A stretch of 64,000 nucleotides of DNA from a virus: positions 131,793 to 195,792 of IMG/VR virus record IMGVR_UViG_3300037483_000793. The stretch is one strand, 5' to 3'. The notes beneath the pieces were generated by a model that had not been told where the DNA came from, did no database searches, and was given only the letters and a program-made list of their open reading frames with translations. Positions 9,525 to 19,321 of this stretch are shown here, piece by piece. The position numbers and the translations under genes are program-made. Each line of letters opens with the position of its first letter. Positions within the stretch are counted from its first letter, which is position 1.

Positions 9525-11417
9525 ATGGGTCACCTCACGCAGCTCCACGGCCAGAGTCTGCTCGGCGGGGCAACGACCGCCGTCGGCGGCTACGTTGGCG
9601 TGAAGCAGCTGCAGGAACAGCTACGTCGGATCGCGTACGAGTTCGGCAAGCCAAGCGCCGACCCAGCACAGTATGACGGGACGTTGACGCTCGGAACGGT
9701 CATCGCGCTCGCAAACGCGGCACCGATCGTCGGCGACAAGATTCACGCAGGTGTCGGACAAGCGCTCGATGTCGTGAAGCTGATCAAGGCGCCGATCAGC
9801 AAGCTGCCGTACGGCTCGACGATCATCAACTTCATCTTGTCACCGTGGATTGTCGACAAGGCATTCAGTGCCGTGCTCGGGATCATTCGATTGATTCCTG
9901 GTGGCGGTGGCGTTGCGACGACGATCGACAACGCTATGAAGGCCGTGAAGGCAACGCTCGCGAGTGCAGCCGCACCGATTGCGGCGTCATTGCTCGTCGT
10001 CAAGAAGTCATCGGCGGCGGGGCTCGGCGAAGAAACGCGCGCGGGATTCTGCTGGATCCCGCAATACGTTCGAACCACCGACGGTGTGACCGTGCCAGGT
10101 CACTGGGAGCGTGCGCGCAGCGGTGTTCCGTGTGCGTCACCGCTACCGCCGGGCGTAGTGGCACCAACACCGACGGTCCTGAGGGTCTGTTCAGCGACCG
10201 ATCAGAGTGGCTGTCCTGGTGGTGTGTTTGTCTCGAACGCTGCAACTGGCGCAATCGTACCGACGCGCGTCGCACCGCCACCACCGGCAGGAACCGTCTC
10301 GACGAGCGGCGCCGTCGTCCGCGATCACCGTACATGGCCCGCCGGTAAACTGATCGTCCCGACGGATTGGAGCCGCACGCGTACGTACAGCGGCACGGTA
10401 CCGTTCGCGAGTCTTGCACCGGCCGATCAACAAGCCTGGAACGCACACAAGAACGACGGACCGTTCGGGCTGAGTACGAGCCTGATCCCGGGCAGCAGCT
10501 CGGCGTTCGGTGATCTCACCGTTCGTCGTGGTGCCATCGCGTTCAAGACGTTTCGCGGTTTCGATAACGCACGCATGGGTGCGTTCTGGGATGAGCGCAA
10601 TCAAACGCTCAAGATCATCGTTGTCCCCGAGCCGTCGTCGTCGAAGTACCCATGGGACTACGCGGCAGATGCTGTGAAAGCAGCTGCTGGTGTCATTGGA
10701 GATGCCGCCAGTGCGGTTGGTGGCGCGATTGCGGACATTGCGACGTCGACGTGGAACTGGATCGCCGAGAACGCTGATGACGTGTACGAGGCCGTCAAGA
10801 AGTACGGCTGCGCGCTCGTCAACAACGACATCGTCGTCGGGTTGACAGCGGCAGGTGCAGGTATCGTCGCGTCACCGGCTGCTAGTGCCACGGTCGTGTC
10901 TGCGGCGGGTGCAGGCAAGGCTGCGTGCGCAGCTATGGAAGTCGCCGAGGTGCTCTACGCGATCTACCAGTTGATGACGATGGAGGTGCCCAAGCCGCCT
11001 CCACTCACGACACCGACACCACCGACGACGACGGTCACGACCGCGGGTGTGCGTCTTCTGCTGCCGACGACCAAGCCGGTGGTTCCGCTCGCCAAGCCAC
11101 GTTACCCGGCGGGTGCAATCACGTCGTGGGACGCCAAGCTGCGGCGCTACCGCATCGCAATCCCCGTCGGTACGCAGCTCAATGTCACCGGGTTCGGTGA
11201 AGCGCTCGGCGCCGCGGCATCGCACTTCGAAGTTGAAACGGCCGAGGTTGCGCCGCCAATCGTTTCGACGGTGCCGCTGACCGTGTTTCAGAAGCAAACG
11301 GGCACGTTGCCGCTCTACAAGAACCCGATGTTCTGGATCGCCCTCGGAACGGGCGCAGCGGCAGTCGGTGGCGGTAGTTACGTGCTGTACCGACGTCGAC
11401 GTGGTTTGACAAGGTAG
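9525..11417 (+). CDS. large C-terminally anchored membrane protein with N-terminal PG-binding-like motif
   Basis: VKQLQEQL...YDGTLTLGT; VPGHWER; YPAGAIT...YRIAIP; ends LPLYKNPMFW-TM-RRRR. Confidence 0.75.
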   Translation: MGHLTQLHGQSLLGGATTAVGGYVGVKQLQEQLRRIAYEFGKPSADPAQYDGTLTLGTVIALANAAPIVGDKIHAGVGQALDVVKLIKAPISKLPYGSTIINFILSPWIVDKAFSAVLGIIRLIPGGGGVATTIDNAMKAVKATLASAAAPIAASLLVVKKSSAAGLGEETRAGFCWIPQYVRTTDGVTVPGHWERARSGVPCASPLPPGVVAPTPTVLRVCSATDQSGCPGGVFVSNAATGAIVPTRVAPPPPAGTVSTSGAVVRDHRTWPAGKLIVPTDWSRTRTYSGTVPFASLAPADQQAWNAHKNDGPFGLSTSLIPGSSSAFGDLTVRRGAIAFKTFRGFDNARMGAFWDERNQTLKIIVVPEPSSSKYPWDYAADAVKAAAGVIGDAASAVGGAIADIATSTWNWIAENADDVYEAVKKYGCALVNNDIVVGLTAAGAGIVASPAASATVVSAAGAGKAACAAMEVAEVLYAIYQLMTMEVPKPPPLTTPTPPTTTVTTAGVRLLLPTTKPVVPLAKPRYPAGAITSWDAKLRRYRIAIPVGTQLNVTGFGEALGAAASHFEVETAEVAPPIVSTVPLTVFQKQTGTLPLYKNPMFWIALGTGAAAVGGGSYVLYRRRRGLTR

Positions 11418-11484
11418 CAACAGACCGCGTAGCTTGAAGGAGTTGGATCGCGCACGCGATCGCCCTTCCAAGGAGCCCACGCAG

Positions 11485-12405
11485 ATGTTGCAAACCCAGT
11501 ACTACGGCAACGGATTTGGCGGGTTCGGCGCGCTGACGTCCAGCGCCGCGACCGCCGATCTCCAACGCTACCTCGTCAGCATCGGCAAGCTCGGTTCGTC
11601 CAACGTGACGGGCGTGATGAACGACGCGACGATGGGTGTCATCTACAACTTGCTCGTCGCGAGCGCATCGACGGTTTCGAAGATCCCGTTGCTGCCCAGC
11701 GACGTTCGTAGTGGCATCAGCAGCGTGGTCAGCGCGTTGCAGTCTGCAGACAGCAAGATCAAGAGTGTCTCATTCGGGATGGCGACCTTGTCGTCGGTGC
11801 TCAGCAACTGGGCCACGATCAATGCGGCGGTCCGCGCGGTGAGTAGCTCGGCAGCAAACTCGTTGGCAGCGGCACGTGAGGCCGTCTACAACGCCGTCGG
11901 CGGCTACGCGAGCTACATCCTGAGGGCCGTCAAGATCTTCTTTCCGCCGACGACGCCGACCTCGACGGCGATCCAACCCGCGATTCCGGTACTCACGTCG
12001 TCGCTGACATCGCTCTTGAAGACGAACTCGGCCGTGACAGCAACGGCGACGTCCTCGGCCGCGTCGCAATCGTACCCGGCCGGAACGATCTACGCGTTCA
12101 GTCAGAAACTCGGGCGCTATCGCATCGCGATTCCGAACCCGGGCGGTGTTGCGGGTCTCGGCGTGCAGACTGCCGTCGGTAACTGCATCTTCGGTGACTG
12201 CGGTTTCGGCGCTGCGTATACCGAAGTTGCTCCGTCGACGACAGCTCCGGCCAACGGTGTCCCGACGACGGAAACCGAACTGGAGAAGCGGGCGGGTGCG
12301 TTGCCGCTCTACAAGAAGTGGCAGTTCTGGACCGCGATCGGCGGCGGTGTTGCAGTCGTGGGTACGGGTGCAGCACTTCTCATCCGGCGTAAGCGGAGCG
12401 CGTAA
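11485..12405 (+). CDS. C-terminally anchored membrane protein with PG-binding-like motif
   Basis: AAGGAG RBS; DLQRYLVSIG...VTGVMNDAT; YPAGTI...YRIAIP; LPLYKKWQFW-TM-RRKRSA. Confidence 0.75.
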   Translation: MLQTQYYGNGFGGFGALTSSAATADLQRYLVSIGKLGSSNVTGVMNDATMGVIYNLLVASASTVSKIPLLPSDVRSGISSVVSALQSADSKIKSVSFGMATLSSVLSNWATINAAVRAVSSSAANSLAAAREAVYNAVGGYASYILRAVKIFFPPTTPTSTAIQPAIPVLTSSLTSLLKTNSAVTATATSSAASQSYPAGTIYAFSQKLGRYRIAIPNPGGVAGLGVQTAVGNCIFGDCGFGAAYTEVAPSTTAPANGVPTTETELEKRAGALPLYKKWQFWTAIGGGVAVVGTGAALLIRRKRSA

Positions 12406-13583
12406 TGCTGCACGCGACCCTCTCGCCGTTGACGACAACTCGGACAACGGAACCTGCGCCGACGACAACGACGACGTCGTACAAGACGGCAACGACGGCG
12501 TTGTACCCGTCGCGTACGACCGAGACCAAAACGGTCGCGCCTGCATTCACATGCGTCAGCAACATCTGTACGGCAGCCGGACAAGTCGGTTTCACGTTCC
12601 AGACGCTGCAGCTGCTGATCAACAACGCGAACGCCAAGATCGGCAGCGGCGCGACACCAATCGCAGTTGATGGTCGTATCGATGCGCGAACCGTCAACGC
12701 ATTCATGCCGGTGTCACGCGCCGTTGGCGGAACGCTCGCGATCTTCGATCAGGCTGCGACGCCGCAGCTGCTCGCGACCAACGCGAACGCATACGCGTTG
12801 GGCATCGCGAAGTACCTCGGCATGACGTGGGTCGAAGCGACTGCGACCGTGCCAGGTCACTGGGAGCGGATGCGCGTCGGTCAGACGACACCCAATCTAC
12901 CGACCCTGCCCACGGGCACGACGATGCCCGCGCCGACGACAACGACGGCGCCCCCACCACCGTCTGCGCCGATCGCGCCGGGCGTCGTGCCGACACGAAC
13001 GGAGACTGCGACGCCGACGCCGATGTACGCGTGTCCCGACGGCTCGCGCGTGACGGATCCGGCGATGTGTCCCAAGCCTGCGCCGCAGCCGACGGCACCG
13101 GCACCGGCACCGGCACCGGCACCCGCGCCACAACCGGCGCAGCCCGCACCGACGCCGTCTACGCAGCCGACGACACCTGCATCGACGGCGATCGTCTCGA
13201 CGGCGGCCGTCGAAACCGAAGGTCGTTTCCAGGGCTGCCTCGCGCGCTACAACAGGACGCGCAAGATCTACTCGATCTACTGCCCGGTCGGTTCGCAAGG
13301 TGCGGCGCCGGGCCTCGGCTACTACGACGGCGAGTACTTCCGTTGTCTGCACGACAACTGTACAGGGCTCGGTGCCGACGCGGTGACGCCGCCGCCGCCC
13401 GACGGTTTCGTCAAGGCCGCTGAGGTCACGACGCTGCCGCGCGCAGGCGAGACACCGGCAGGTGAAGAGCGCGACAAGTTCTTCCGCCTCGACAACCCGC
13501 TCATGTGGGCAGCGTTCGCGGGCGCTGTAGCGGTCGTCGGCGGTGGTGGCTACGTGCTTTACCGACGGAAGCGCGCTGCGTAA
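12405..13583 (+). CDS. C-terminally anchored Pro/Thr-rich membrane protein
   Basis: TLQLLIN...VDGRIDART; VPGHWER; PA repeats; TM followed by RRKRAA. Confidence 0.75.
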   Translation: MLHATLSPLTTTRTTEPAPTTTTTSYKTATTALYPSRTTETKTVAPAFTCVSNICTAAGQVGFTFQTLQLLINNANAKIGSGATPIAVDGRIDARTVNAFMPVSRAVGGTLAIFDQAATPQLLATNANAYALGIAKYLGMTWVEATATVPGHWERMRVGQTTPNLPTLPTGTTMPAPTTTTAPPPPSAPIAPGVVPTRTETATPTPMYACPDGSRVTDPAMCPKPAPQPTAPAPAPAPAPAPQPAQPAPTPSTQPTTPASTAIVSTAAVETEGRFQGCLARYNRTRKIYSIYCPVGSQGAAPGLGYYDGEYFRCLHDNCTGLGADAVTPPPPDGFVKAAEVTTLPRAGETPAGEERDKFFRLDNPLMWAAFAGAVAVVGGGGYVLYRRKRAA

Positions 13584-13795
13584 TGCGCGATCCTGTCACG
13601 GGGCATTGTGTTGCAGGGTTTCATGAAACCTCGTGGGGCTGCGCGAAAAATAGACGTACCGGATTCGGCGCCGACGACAGCGGCAACCGCAAGGCCGTGT
13701 GGCTCGGCGCCGTCGGTCTCGGTATCTCAGCCGCGATCATGATCGCGATGGGCTTTCACAAGCCGCCACCGCCAGTTCGCCGTCGGCGTACGTAA
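13583..13795 (+). CDS. small membrane protein
   Basis: TAATG-coupled start; GFGADD motif then TM and basic tail. Confidence 0.6.
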   Translation: MRDPVTGHCVAGFHETSWGCAKNRRTGFGADDSGNRKAVWLGAVGLGISAAIMIAMGFHKPPPPVRRRRT

Positions 13796-13833
13796 GCGAT
13801 CGCTCGCGCGATCCATGATAGAGTTTGGGTCGC

Positions 13834-14349
13834 ATGCTCATGGCGACCCAAAACTCAGTGCGGTTCGCGCACAACGTTGGTGTGGCGCCAGCCACCACGA
13901 CGATGCGGCTCGGCGGACCGTCATTGCCGCCGCTACCGTCTGTGATGCAGTCGGTGCTGCCGGGTCGAACGGCGCCGAACCCTGTTGCTGTGACCCAACC
14001 GAGGTATTTCATGCCCTACGCATCGCTCGAAGATCTCCGCTCTGCGAATGCCGGGTTCGGCATCGTGAACGAGTCGGACGCGTGGCTGACCGGTCGGCCG
14101 TATGGCTTGCCGGGCACGGCGACGATCCAGCTCATGCAGCGGCCGGGCGGCTACAAGAGCCCCAACGGCACGCACTACGACGCGCGGATGTTCGGTGACG
14201 CCGACGCAACGTTGCAGTTGATCCTCGCGCAGCAGCAGGCGCAGGCAGCTCACCTCAAACGCATCGCGTTTTGGCAGGCGTTCGCAGGCGGTGTCACGAT
14301 CGCGGGTGTCGCTGCGGGCATCGCTATCGGGCTCATGCGGGGGCGCTAA
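13834..14349 (+). CDS. C-terminally anchored membrane protein
   Basis: C-terminal TM FWQAFAGGVTIAGVAAGIAIGLM. Confidence 0.65.
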   Translation: MLMATQNSVRFAHNVGVAPATTTMRLGGPSLPPLPSVMQSVLPGRTAPNPVAVTQPRYFMPYASLEDLRSANAGFGIVNESDAWLTGRPYGLPGTATIQLMQRPGGYKSPNGTHYDARMFGDADATLQLILAQQQAQAAHLKRIAFWQAFAGGVTIAGVAAGIAIGLMRGR

Positions 14350-14351
14350 CC

Positions 14352-14783
14352 ATGTACGTCAACGAGATGCAGCGCACGATCAACGGCTTCGGTCAGGCAC
14401 CCGGCGGCAAACCGAACAGCATCATCCCGTATGGCCACTGGCAGCCGTACCGGCCGGGTGCGATCACGCGCGGATTCGGCGATGTTCCGAACGACTTCGA
14501 GGCGTCGGTCGATCTGCAGTACATCCCGGTCCGTCAGGGCTGGTACTACGGTCAGCCCGTCAACGGTGGCAGCTACCCGGATGCGGGACTGCCTCGTCGG
14601 GGATTCGGTGATGCGACATCGGAAGCGGCGCTACAGCAGCTTGCGAAGACGGAGAAGCTGCAAACGATCTTGCAGGTTGTCTCGACGCTCTCGATCGCGA
14701 CCGTCGCGACGCTCGCGATCCTGCGCGCGATCAGATCCCGCCGCGGTGGCGGGGACGCACGGTTCTTCGGCGACGACGACTAG
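14352..14783 (+). CDS. C-terminally anchored membrane protein with three GFG motifs
   Basis: GFGQA, GFGDV and GFGDA; TM ILQVVSTLSIATVATLAIL then RRRSRR-like basic patch. Confidence 0.65.
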   Translation: MYVNEMQRTINGFGQAPGGKPNSIIPYGHWQPYRPGAITRGFGDVPNDFEASVDLQYIPVRQGWYYGQPVNGGSYPDAGLPRRGFGDATSEAALQQLAKTEKLQTILQVVSTLSIATVATLAILRAIRSRRGGGDARFFGDDD

Positions 14784-14813
14784 CCCACAGGTGGTGTACG
14801 CTGCGCGCTGGGA

Positions 14814-15272
14814 ATGTCGCGCACGCTCCGTAACCCGCCCATCGACGCCAACTTGGTGGCGCCGCGGCTGTACATCGGCTCGCGTCCACCGCCGGGGCGC
14901 TACCGCTGGTTCAACACGGTCGTGCTCTGCGCCAAAGAGTTTCAGCCGCCGAGCTACGCGTACCCCGGGCTCACGGTGATGCGCATCCCACTCGTCGATG
15001 ACCACGTACATCCACTGTCAGATCTCGACGCGGCGCTCGTGACGTCGAACGCACGCTCGATCGCGCGTTACCTACAGGCAGGTTCGTGCGTGCTCGTGAC
15101 ATGCCGCATGGGCATCAATCGATCGGCGCTTGTTGCGGCCATCGCAATGCAGGTCGCGTTTGAAATGCCCGCTGACGAAGCCATCGAGCAGATTCGCGAC
15201 ACGCGATCGCCGCAAGCGTTATCGAATCCGCGCTTCGAGCAATTCGTGCGGCGGTTCGAACGGGCGCACTAG
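14814..15272 (+). CDS. dual-specificity protein phosphatase
   Basis: CX5R loop VLVTCRMGINRSA; N-terminal NLVAPRLYIGS; C-terminal IR..R....NPRF. Confidence 0.85.
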   Translation: MSRTLRNPPIDANLVAPRLYIGSRPPPGRYRWFNTVVLCAKEFQPPSYAYPGLTVMRIPLVDDHVHPLSDLDAALVTSNARSIARYLQAGSCVLVTCRMGINRSALVAAIAMQVAFEMPADEAIEQIRDTRSPQALSNPRFEQFVRRFERAH

Positions 15273-15841
15273 CAGCCGCGTGCGATGCGCAGAATCTTGA
15301 CGCCGCGGCTGCTGTCCTGAACAAGCGCCGTTGCTGCTGCTTTGTTGGCGGCCGAAACGCAGAGGCTCGTCTGGCCGGGCAGCTTGCGGTGTCGAACAGT
15401 GACGCGATAGGTCGCGCCGAGCTTGCCGTTACCGGCGAGGCGATTGCGCCCACGGCCGCGGAGCTTCTTGTACTCGGCGGTACGATGATCGAGTTCGACG
15501 ACGTCGCCGGTCTCCGGATCGACGAAGAAGACGGGTTCGCTTTCTTTCGTCGGGCGCTTGTACGGTTTGCGGTGTCCTTGCAGTGACCGCTTGTGACGGC
15601 TGGGACGACGACGTTCGAAGCCGGTGTACGCGATCAGAAACAGCGACACGAACGTCGAGCTGAGCAGCGCGCCCGTGACGAGGCGCTTGTCACGCACGCC
15701 CGCGAGCGCGAGCCCTGGCATCATGAGTGCCGAGCGCAACATCCAGTGGCCGATGACCTTCGGCACCGCACCCGGCTCGCCGTTGAACATCCCGCATACG
15801 GATGCCGAGGAGGGTGCGGTAGGACAACTGCGGCTCGCCAC
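15269..15841 (-). CDS. membrane protein with basic C-terminus
   Basis: Hydrophobic N-terminal segments; TGG-TACGTT 6 nt before the GTG start. Confidence 0.6.
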   Translation of the reverse strand: MASRSCPTAPSSASVCGMFNGEPGAVPKVIGHWMLRSALMMPGLALAGVRDKRLVTGALLSSTFVSLFLIAYTGFERRRPSRHKRSLQGHRKPYKRPTKESEPVFFVDPETGDVVELDHRTAEYKKLRGRGRNRLAGNGKLGATYRVTVRHRKLPGQTSLCVSAANKAAATALVQDSSRGVKILRIARGC

Positions 15842-15896
15842 GGTGTGAACGTACCACGCTGTCCTACCGCCGGGCTAGATCGCGCGCGCGATCGAC

Positions 15897-18278
15897 TTAC
15901 GCCTGCGTGTCGTCGTCGCGCTCGGGATCGCCGGTATCCTTCTCGATGTCTTCGATCAGGAGGCGTACGCACTCGGCGCGGAACGCGTCCGGCGCCTTCG
16001 GCAGCATGACGTCGATGAAGTCAGCCCACCGCGCCTGTTCGAACAGTACGAACGCGGGGATGACGAGCTGGTTCGACACGACGAAGTTGACGCCCTGCAG
16101 AATCGCATCGACGGTCTTGTCCGGCGTGAGCTTGCCGTCGGCGATGCCGCGGCGCAGCCGATGTACGCTCTCCAGTGCCTGACCGAAGACTTCCTCTTCG
16201 CTCGGGCCCGTGCTGTTCGGCGGCGGCGCCGGGGGCGGATACGGATCGATCGCGCCAGTGCTCACCACGGGCTCGGGCGCGGGGGGCAGATCGATCGGGC
16301 CGACTTTCCGCGGTTGCGGTTGCGGCTGCGGCTGCGCGCCGTTCAGACCGCCACCTGCATCGGGCTGCTGCTGCCGCGCCTGCTGTGGCGCCTGCTGCGC
16401 AACCGGAGGCGGCGGGGACCAACCCTGAACGGGCCGACCCTGCTGCACTGCGATGTTCTGCGCGCGGATCGCGACCTCGGCCTGCATGCGCGTCTGATCA
16501 CGCGCTGCTTCGGCCTGCTTCACCTTGCCTTCGCTGATCACCTGGTCGCGCTTGACGGCGAGGAACCGCTCGGCGACTTCGCTCGCGCGGCCAATGCCTT
16601 CCTGGATCAGGCGTGCCGCGGGCGGGTCACCGCCGCCACCGGACATGTTCATGATCGTCTCGGCGGCGTTCTTGTAGAGGTTGCCGATCTCGCCGACCGT
16701 GCCAACGATACTGCGCAGCATGCCGTCGCTGCCAGACGCGTTGTCCTTCATCAGCTGCGCGACCTGAACCGGCGACACCATGAACTGCGCCATCCGATTG
16801 GCACCCTCGTTCTGCATGCGCGCGATCTCACGCTGGTTGTCAGCCTGCATCCGCGCAGACTCCTTCATCATCTCGACGACAGGATCCTGGCGGTTGGTCG
16901 CTGCTGCGGCCTGCATCTGCTCGAAGCGACGCTCGCTCGCTTCGCGAGTCTCCTTCATTTCACGCTGCAGCATCTCATCGCGGCGGATCTGCTCGTAGCG
17001 CTCACGTTCGCGCTCGCGATCGGCACGTTCGGCTTCGAGGCGGCGATCCTGTTCCTGGCGTTGGCGATCGAACTCGCGCGCCTGACGTTCCTGCTCCTCG
17101 CGAATGCGACGGAACTCGTCGGTTTCACCCTTGGGGGTCTCGGCCATGCGCGCGAGGTCGGCGCGTAGATGTAGCATCGACTGCTCGCTCTGCTGACGGA
17201 TCGCGAGCAGCTGCTGTTGCATCAGCTCGCGCTGAGTGTTCTCGTGCTGTGCACGGGCGCGCTCGCGCTCCTGTTCGCGCTCTTCGCGGAGACGCCGCAC
17301 TTCGTCGTCTTCGCTCTTGTTGCGGCCCTCGCCGAGGCGACGGATCTCTTCGCGCATCGCGGCCATCGCCTGTTCGTGCGCGGTCGTCTGCCGTTCAAGC
17401 TGCTGCTTGTATTCCAGCTCCTTGCGATCGAGATCAGCCTGCTGGAGCTTGCGCTCCAACTCCTTCTTCTCGTTGTCGTCCTGATCGAAGGGCGAGCGGC
17501 CGCGACGCGAGCGATCCTCGTCGTCGTAGCTGAAACGCGTGCGGCCGTTGTACGGTGGCGGCGGCTGCGTACCCCACGGACCTTGCTGTGGCCCCCACTG
17601 GCCGTTCCAGCCCTGCTGCGGGTACGGCTGCTGCGGGTACGGCTGCTGCCAGCCCCACGGGCCGGGCTGTGGCGCGCCGACGTTGCCGGGCCACTGCTGC
17701 GGCGTCGGGTTCCACATCGGCGGCGCCTGATTCATCTGCGGCTGCGGAGCGGCCTGCTGTTGCGGCTGCGGCAAGCTACCCATGATGGGACCGGTGTGCG
17801 GCGGGTTGTTGTAGCCGAGCTGCGAGCCCGACGGCGGCCAGCCGGACGCCTGCTGCATGCCGAACGGCTGCACGTTGGCGGGCACAGCTTGTGGGCCCGA
17901 GATGGGCGCGACGTTCGTGGCAGCGTTGACGAGCGCAGCTTCCTGCGTGTTCGGTGGGACCTTCTCGGGATACAGGCGCGGATCCCACACACCCTGCCAC
18001 GTCATGCGCTCGCCTTTGGCGTCGGTGACGGTGAACTCGTAGTAGCCGCCACCAGCCCACTTCGTGAGGATGAAGTTTTCCAGTCCGAGCACTTCATCGC
18101 GCGTCCAGTTCACGCCGGGCGGCGAGAAACCCTGCTGCTCACTGCCCTTGGCGGGAAGTTCGATTGGTTGGCGCACATTACCGCGCATTTTTTCGACGCG
18201 TACGGTCAGTGGTTCGTGCATCGCTTGCAGCTTCACCTGATCGAAGCGCTGCTCCTTCTCGGACTTGGGCGCGGCCAT
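15897..18278 (-). CDS. large Q/P-rich low-complexity and coiled-coil protein
   Basis: 793 aa; AGGAG RBS; QQPYPQQ/WG repeats followed by an E/R/Q coiled coil. Confidence 0.8.
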   Translation of the reverse strand: MAAPKSEKEQRFDQVKLQAMHEPLTVRVEKMRGNVRQPIELPAKGSEQQGFSPPGVNWTRDEVLGLENFILTKWAGGGYYEFTVTDAKGERMTWQGVWDPRLYPEKVPPNTQEAALVNAATNVAPISGPQAVPANVQPFGMQQASGWPPSGSQLGYNNPPHTGPIMGSLPQPQQQAAPQPQMNQAPPMWNPTPQQWPGNVGAPQPGPWGWQQPYPQQPYPQQGWNGQWGPQQGPWGTQPPPPYNGRTRFSYDDEDRSRRGRSPFDQDDNEKKELERKLQQADLDRKELEYKQQLERQTTAHEQAMAAMREEIRRLGEGRNKSEDDEVRRLREEREQERERARAQHENTQRELMQQQLLAIRQQSEQSMLHLRADLARMAETPKGETDEFRRIREEQERQAREFDRQRQEQDRRLEAERADRERERERYEQIRRDEMLQREMKETREASERRFEQMQAAAATNRQDPVVEMMKESARMQADNQREIARMQNEGANRMAQFMVSPVQVAQLMKDNASGSDGMLRSIVGTVGEIGNLYKNAAETIMNMSGGGGDPPAARLIQEGIGRASEVAERFLAVKRDQVISEGKVKQAEAARDQTRMQAEVAIRAQNIAVQQGRPVQGWSPPPPVAQQAPQQARQQQPDAGGGLNGAQPQPQPQPRKVGPIDLPPAPEPVVSTGAIDPYPPPAPPPNSTGPSEEEVFGQALESVHRLRRGIADGKLTPDKTVDAILQGVNFVVSNQLVIPAFVLFEQARWADFIDVMLPKAPDAFRAECVRLLIEDIEKDTGDPERDDDTQA

Positions 18279-18482
18279 GTAGAGTCTCCTCAGCTGGGTC
18301 GATCGCTCGCGCGATCGATCTTCGATCGCGGACGCGACTGGTTATAGGACGAGGCCACTCTAAGGGTGTGATACATCGTTGTCAACGCAGGTTCACTACG
18401 GTATGAGGACGAACCTCACCGGTCGAAGTGCAGTTCGTTACCTGCAACAGTCGCATGAGCGATTGACGCCGCGCGATGCGGT

Positions 18483-18944
18483 GTGTACGACAACGAGATG
18501 ACGCAAAACATCAGTGCGCCCGAGCGTACGTTCACGCGCGCGCGCCGCTGCGCGAACTGCACCGCGTTTGAAACCGGTCCGATGTCCCACCAGCAGTGGG
18601 CCATCCACCGCAAGGCGCGTCAGGATGACTACCTCCGCACGATTCCTGTGTCGCGTCTCGCGGACATGGAAAAGCCGGGTTGGTCACCCGCCGAGAAGAA
18701 CGACGCGCGTCTGCAGCAACTGATGCAGATGGATCAGATGATCGCCCACGGTCAAGCGGGCTTGTGCATGAAAGGCGCACGTTCCGCGGCCGACGGCGGA
18801 CCGTCCGGGGACTTCGTGCACGCGGAGTTCCTGTGCGATCGCTGGAACGGCAAAGAGGGTGTCGGTGAGATGACACGCGGTCACGAGGACAAACTCGGCG
18901 ATGAGTTGCGCGAGATCGCTGACGGTCGCGCGAAGAAGTCGTAG
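18483..18944 (+). CDS. hypothetical Cys-containing protein
   Basis: CANC and later C..C residues; start uncertain. Confidence 0.6.
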   Translation: MYDNEMTQNISAPERTFTRARRCANCTAFETGPMSHQQWAIHRKARQDDYLRTIPVSRLADMEKPGWSPAEKNDARLQQLMQMDQMIAHGQAGLCMKGARSAADGGPSGDFVHAEFLCDRWNGKEGVGEMTRGHEDKLGDELREIADGRAKKS

Positions 18945-18952
18945 GTTCGCGC

Positions 18953-19321
18953 GTGAGCACGCTCATCCTCTACATGCTCCTGACGACAGCCCAGTTCTAC
19001 CTGCTGTCGCGGGCCATGATCACGAAATCGTTGTGGTCACGCTACCCGGCGTGGCTCGACTACTACACCTCGTGCGCGGCCTGCTCGGGCTTCCTCTACG
19101 GCGGTGCAGTCGCACTTGCGATCGGATGGACCCAAGACCTACCGTTTTTGGGGCTATCCGGTCGTTTTTGGGTCACACCCATCATTGTCGGGCTGGGATC
19201 TATGGTGTGGACGCCAATTATGGGTGATTTCCACGTACGTGCCCTGTTACAGCTCGGTGTAGCCGGTCCGCGCAGTGATTCATCGACCGATCAACCCGAT
19301 CCACCCCCAGAGAGTGTGTGA
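18953..19321 (+). CDS. small multi-pass membrane protein
   Basis: Three hydrophobic segments; CAAC motif. Confidence 0.6.
   Translation: MSTLILYMLLTTAQFYLLSRAMITKSLWSRYPAWLDYYTSCAACSGFLYGGAVALAIGWTQDLPFLGLSGRFWVTPIIVGLGSMVWTPIMGDFHVRALLQLGVAGPRSDSSTDQPDPPPESV

Noticed and set aside
3610-9603. Long antisense ORFs (3610..5277, 7834..9603 and similar elsewhere)
   Set aside because: They shadow well-supported genes on the opposite strand, an expected artefact of high-GC codon bias.
13080-13150. GCACCG tandem repeat
   Set aside because: It simply encodes a Pro-Ala linker in 12405..13583.
13731-13770. Self-target of unit G (reverse complement, MGFH)
   Set aside because: Only about half the dinucleotides match; not convincing without a statistical search.
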